Assembly (NCBI GenBank): GCA_951406725.2 | Contig: OX597819.1 | Coordinates: 930,001 to 994,000 of the forward strand | Source of the DNA: Octopus vulgaris | Taxonomy: Eukaryota | Direction of reading: 5' to 3' | Length of the DNA stretch: 64,000 nucleotides | Position numbers and translations under genes: made by a program | The notes under the pieces: model-generated | Told to the model about the DNA's origin: nothing | What the model saw: only the letters and a program-made list of their open reading frames with translations | Databases searched by the model: none | In this document: one piece after another, positions 59,258 through 64,000 of the stretch | How positions within the stretch are numbered: the stretch's first letter is position 1 | Layout: each line of letters starts with the position of its first letter

Positions 59258-62200
59258 CTAAAATGTAAAATATTTTTATAATCCTAAAATTATGGAAATA
59301 TATTTCATTCTCAAAATTGCTTTTTTTGCTTTAAAAATAAAATATATAGAAAACAATATAATAATTAACAAAATTTCAGCTGTATTAAGATGTTAATTTT
59401 TTAAACCTTTTCAGAAACTAAACTACTCACCTCACATAAATATATATATAAAAAAAAACCAGTTTAATTTAACAGTAAAACCATAGATAAATATATGTAC
59501 TCTTTATTACTAATAACTGGGTGAGAATAAAGTTTTATTTACATGCAACAGAAATTATGACATAGGTAATCAAAGATCAGTAAAATGTATCAGATGATTT
59601 AAGAATACAATTGACTAATGTTTATAATTCACTGCCATGACTAACATTTTTAGAGTTCTATCTGCACAACTTCCTTGCAGAACATTCCTTGCTTTGCAAG
59701 AAGTGGTCATTTTGACAGTATCAACACTAACAATTTTTTTAAAATCATGTATAGCAAGTGGTTTTCCCATTTTGAACATCTTATTTGTTAGTGATAAACT
59801 AACTCAGAAACAGATAAGCAGTTTAGTGACTTTCAGTTCAGAGTTAAAATCAAATCAAATATGTGGTTTCACTTTCCACTCCCCAGAATCAGGAGCATGT
59901 CACTGATCTGGTCTCCCAATAATTTCTTGTCACAGGAGAATGCTTGCTCCATAATTTCTTTTGAATTTAGATTATATTGGTATCCAACAAGGAAGAAAGA
60001 AAACCACTCCAGTGAAGACAAATCAAATGTACAAGAAAAATCATGAAATTATTAAACACAAGACAAATATTCTCCATAACTTTCTTTATTCTCTAACAGT
60101 TTTATGCATTAAAAAAAACCCCAAAATCTCAATTTTTAATTTAAAAAATATCATCACAATTCTACACAAAATATTTCTAGAAGTTCACTGTTAACATATA
60201 TCATTACCTATAAAGAAAAAAACAAAAGCAAAACTAGACATTCAGGAAAATAATCATGCATTTTGCTTTCTTCTGAGAGAAGTAAAAATAAATTTGTATC
60301 TATTAGCCTTGAAATTACTAATGCAGATTAATATTTAAAACCATGTCTTTTTTAAGTAATTAATCATAATGTAACTAAAACCTGTATCGTGAACATTTTA
60401 GAAATGTTTCAAATCATCAATATATAAAAATTATGAATATATAGGTATTGAACTTTGAAAAGTTATAAACACCTCTACTTCATTTGATGATTTATTCACT
60501 TACAAAAAAAAAAAAAAAAAAAGAATTATATTTCACTGGAATTAATTAACTAGTGATTCAACTTTCATATAAATTATAACTGACTGATTATTTCGAAAAA
60601 TTTGTCAAAAAATCTAAACCTCAGTAAAAATCCAGGAGTCAATTATTGTTGAAATATATGAAAGTAATCATTAGTTTTTCATACAGGTTTTAGTTGAAAT
60701 GATTTGCTTTTCTCAAACACAGAATGTACCATAACAATATAGATTTAAAAAGAATATTTTATCGCATTAGGTATAATTTGCAATAGAAGTGTATAGGGAA
60801 GAAATTGATGTGTATTGCATTAAGCAGAATTGTTTTGCATTTTGTTTATTGGAAGATAAATAATAAAAAAAAAAAATCAACTGAATTTCATTTCTACAAT
60901 ATACTAAAGTAAAATATTCTTTACAATAATTTCCTAAACAAAATCATGCAAAATAACAACAGGATACTGCATTCTTTCTTAAGCACAGCTGCATTTTTAT
61001 AAGAGAGGGATAGACGTCATTTGAAATCTCACCAATACAATGGTATGATTTCAATTGCCTTTATTTCTCTCTTAAACTTATTTTATCATTCCCAAACAAG
61101 GTTGAAAGACAAAGCTGACCCTGGTGGGATTTGAGAATACAACTCAAAAGAGAGACTGCTGGTAGGTGGATTCCCTTTTGAATTTGACGATGAGCAGTCA
61201 ATTGATCAATTAACTGAATGCTCATCATGGAATTAAGATGTAAGTGGAGGGGATTCCTCACACACATAACCGTAATGTAATTCTGGGGTTAAATCAATGC
61301 AACACAATGTCACATGGTTGGACCTTTGAATTACAGCCACAATAGAAAGATGTGGGAGGAGAAGGACATTCCCAGCACTGGACTAAAAGTATGAAAGCAA
61401 AGTTGACTTTGGTGAGATTTTAATTCAGAGAGCAAAGGGCCAGAATGAATACCACAAGGCATTCTATCAAGCATTCTAACGACTCTATCAATTCTCCACC
61501 TCAGACAAAACTATATACTGTAAGTCAATTACACCAGCATAAGAAACTCCCAATGTATTTACATTATTATAGGTGTATTAACAACCATTCAAAATACACA
61601 TGAGAATAGAATAAAGCAAAATACATATTAATTTCAAAATCTTTTTAAAGTGGGTTGTTAATGCAATATTATTTTTAGTGCTTAAGTTTACAGGAAATTA
61701 TTTGCCATTTAGGACTAAATCTAACATTATATAATCATTTGTTCAAATTACAATTAGTAAAAGAAAGAACAGCTGTTTGAAAATGTTAAGAACATTGCCA
61801 TTAAAAAATAAAGAAAAAAGGAAAATCGAAAAGAGAAAGTGGGGGGGGGGGAGAAGTGCAACTACAATCAGTTCATTAGTGAAAAAATCATTCTTTTCTT
61901 GAACAAGTGAAAAGTTCTGCTGCAATGATTTGGAATTACATCTCTTTCCATTTTGGAATATCCACTGACTGCATGGCTATAGCAATAATAACAGTTGCAA
62001 CGGTGTATTTCTGGAATAATTTAATGATATACTCCATTCTGAGTTGAAATGTAATATCTTCTGTCTTGACAATTAGTAAATACTTCTCCCTGAGTATAGA
62101 TGCAACATTCAGAAAATGTGCATAAGAAAATTGTTTCATTAAATTTGTATTGCACTATCAAATAATAATTTCGTAAAATCCAGAAAATGAAGTCAATAAA

Positions 62201-62598
62201 TCGATATTTAATCACAGATTATTTCTCCATGTATTTTTACAAACAAAATTTAGATAGTTCCGGAGCAAATTCAGAGTGAATGCAAGTGTATCTTTTATCC
62301 AAAGTAACTCTTCCAATTCCACTTCAATGTAATGAATTAATTAACAATTAAAAGAAGTGGTTTTCATAAACTATTCATTGAACGAATATGGCAGCAAACA
62401 CAGTTTCAGTTTCTTTTAACACGTGAACTTCCTTATAAACAAAATCATTAGATGATGTAATCCAACTGATTTGAAAGTTTGTGTCTTATTTACTTACTGG
62501 GGATTGATCAACTAATCTAATTTGATATTAGAAATAATCCATCAAAAGGTCATATTAATTAGAATTCATCAATAAACAACCAAATATTACTGATGAGT

Positions 62599-62934
62599 GA
62601 AAGTGCATGGCTCAGTGGTTAGAGCATAGAGCTTACGATCGTGAGGTTGTGAGTTTGATTCTCAGACTAGGCTGTGCGGTGTGTTCTTGAGCAAGACACT
62701 TTATTTCACGTTGCTCCAGTTAACTCAGCTGTATAAATGAGTTGCGACATCACTGGTGCCAAGCTGTATCAGTCCCTTTGCCTTTCCCTTGGATAACATC
62801 AATGGTATGGAGAGGGGAGGCTGGTATGCCTGGGCAACTGCTAGCCTTCCACAAACAACATTGTCTGGACTTGTGCCTCAGAGGGTAACTTTCTAGATGC
62901 AGTCCCATGGTCATTAATGACCGAAAGGGGTCTC
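62599..62934 (+). mobile_element. Family B tRNA-derived SINE
   Basis: Box A TGGCTCAGTGG, box B GTTTGATTC; colinear with 43963-44290. Confidence 0.85.
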
Positions 62935-64000
62935 CTATCCTATCCTATTACTGATGATTTATATTCACGAGGCTTATCAGTTTCTACATGAAGACATTAT
63001 TTAAAGCTACAAACTATAAAATAAAGGCTCTTTCTCAAGCAAATTTTCAGTATATTTAAATATATCAAGTACACCAAATAAATAATTAAAAAAAAAAAAT
63101 CAGATTCAAAATAACTTGATAAAAGGTATTTTTAAATATAAAACTAACAACCTGTTAGTTTGTTAAGCAGAAGTATATTTTCCAATGGGAGACTGACAAC
63201 TGGCATACTCAATACATTATGCTAAAAGTGCTGACAGCATTTTGTGTCTTGCAGAAGCAGCATTTTGTGTGTTTACATCTTGAGTTCAAATGTCGATGAG
63301 GATCCTTTTACTTTTTACCCTTTCAGGGTTCATGAAATAAGAACCAGTCAAGTACTGAAGTCGGTATAATCAACTAACACCCTCCTCCAAAATTTCAGGC
63401 CTTGTACCAATAATTGAAAGGATTATACAAGAAGGGCTTATTTTATAAAGAAATGTAGAATTAAGAAAATAAAAAAAACAGAAAAAGACAAAACAAACAA
63501 GGAAATCAACCAAAACCAACAAGATAGTCTAAAACCTCATAGCCAGCTTTATATCTCCCCCCCCCCCCCTCACCTCTGTCATTCTCCTGCCTCTGATACA
63601 ACAAAAAATTATGGTGACAAAATAACTGGATTAAGTTCTATCCAGTTCTATGGATTTGTTACATTTGAAATATATTTAAAAATATATACGTAAAGAAATA
63701 TCCAGGACTTACTTTCCAGCTCAGTAAACTGGAAACTGTAATTCAGTAAAGTGAAAAATGCCTTCTGCTTGGTCACAAACAAAATCCAAAAGAATTTGTT
63801 GTTTCACAATTATTAATCAACTTTATACTATATTTGGGGACATAAGTAAATGTAGGAATATATGTTGTGTATACATATGAATATGTGTGCTACTACTGCT
63901 GCTGCCATCGCCACTACTATCGTCATCATCATCATCATCATCATTTAAGATACATCTTCCGTACAGGCATGAATTCAACAATTTCAGATCTGATAAAAGA

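Noticed and set aside
63713-63800. Next upstream coding exon (donor AAA|GTAAGT at 63712)
   Set aside because: The phase-0 frame meets a stop within about 10 codons and shows no EF-hand or FIP similarity; a non-coding exon cannot be excluded.

Overview
AT-rich, repeat-dense eukaryotic DNA. The SINE, RTE and MITE families look like those of an octopus (coleoid cephalopod); this is an inference from recalled repeat sequences, not a database result. The whole window lies inside one minus-strand spliced gene, a class II Rab11-family interacting protein (RAB11FIP3/4, Drosophila nuclear fallout-like). I read 13 GT-AG coding exons between 59257 and 159 that join in one open frame: 1380 nt, 459 aa plus stop, or 436 aa without the 69-nt exon. 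They encode an acidic region, a long coiled coil and the C-terminal Rab11-binding domain. The N-terminal exons are not identified and probably lie beyond 64000. The introns hold a full-length but dead DD34D mariner, two deleted Tc1/mariner elements, a non-autonomous Helitron, piggyBac-type MITEs, RTE and CR1-like LINE debris, many tRNA-derived SINEs (some in head-to-tail arrays) and microsatellites. No prokaryotic system, CRISPR array, rRNA or true tRNA is supported, and I found no clear-cut new biological system. The most interesting signals are isoform-related: a run of symmetric phase-2 exons including a Cys/His/basic cassette, several in-phase candidate alternative first exons, a possible recursive-splice exon, a pri-miRNA-like hairpin and inverted SINE pairs around exons. 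All of these need RNA data.
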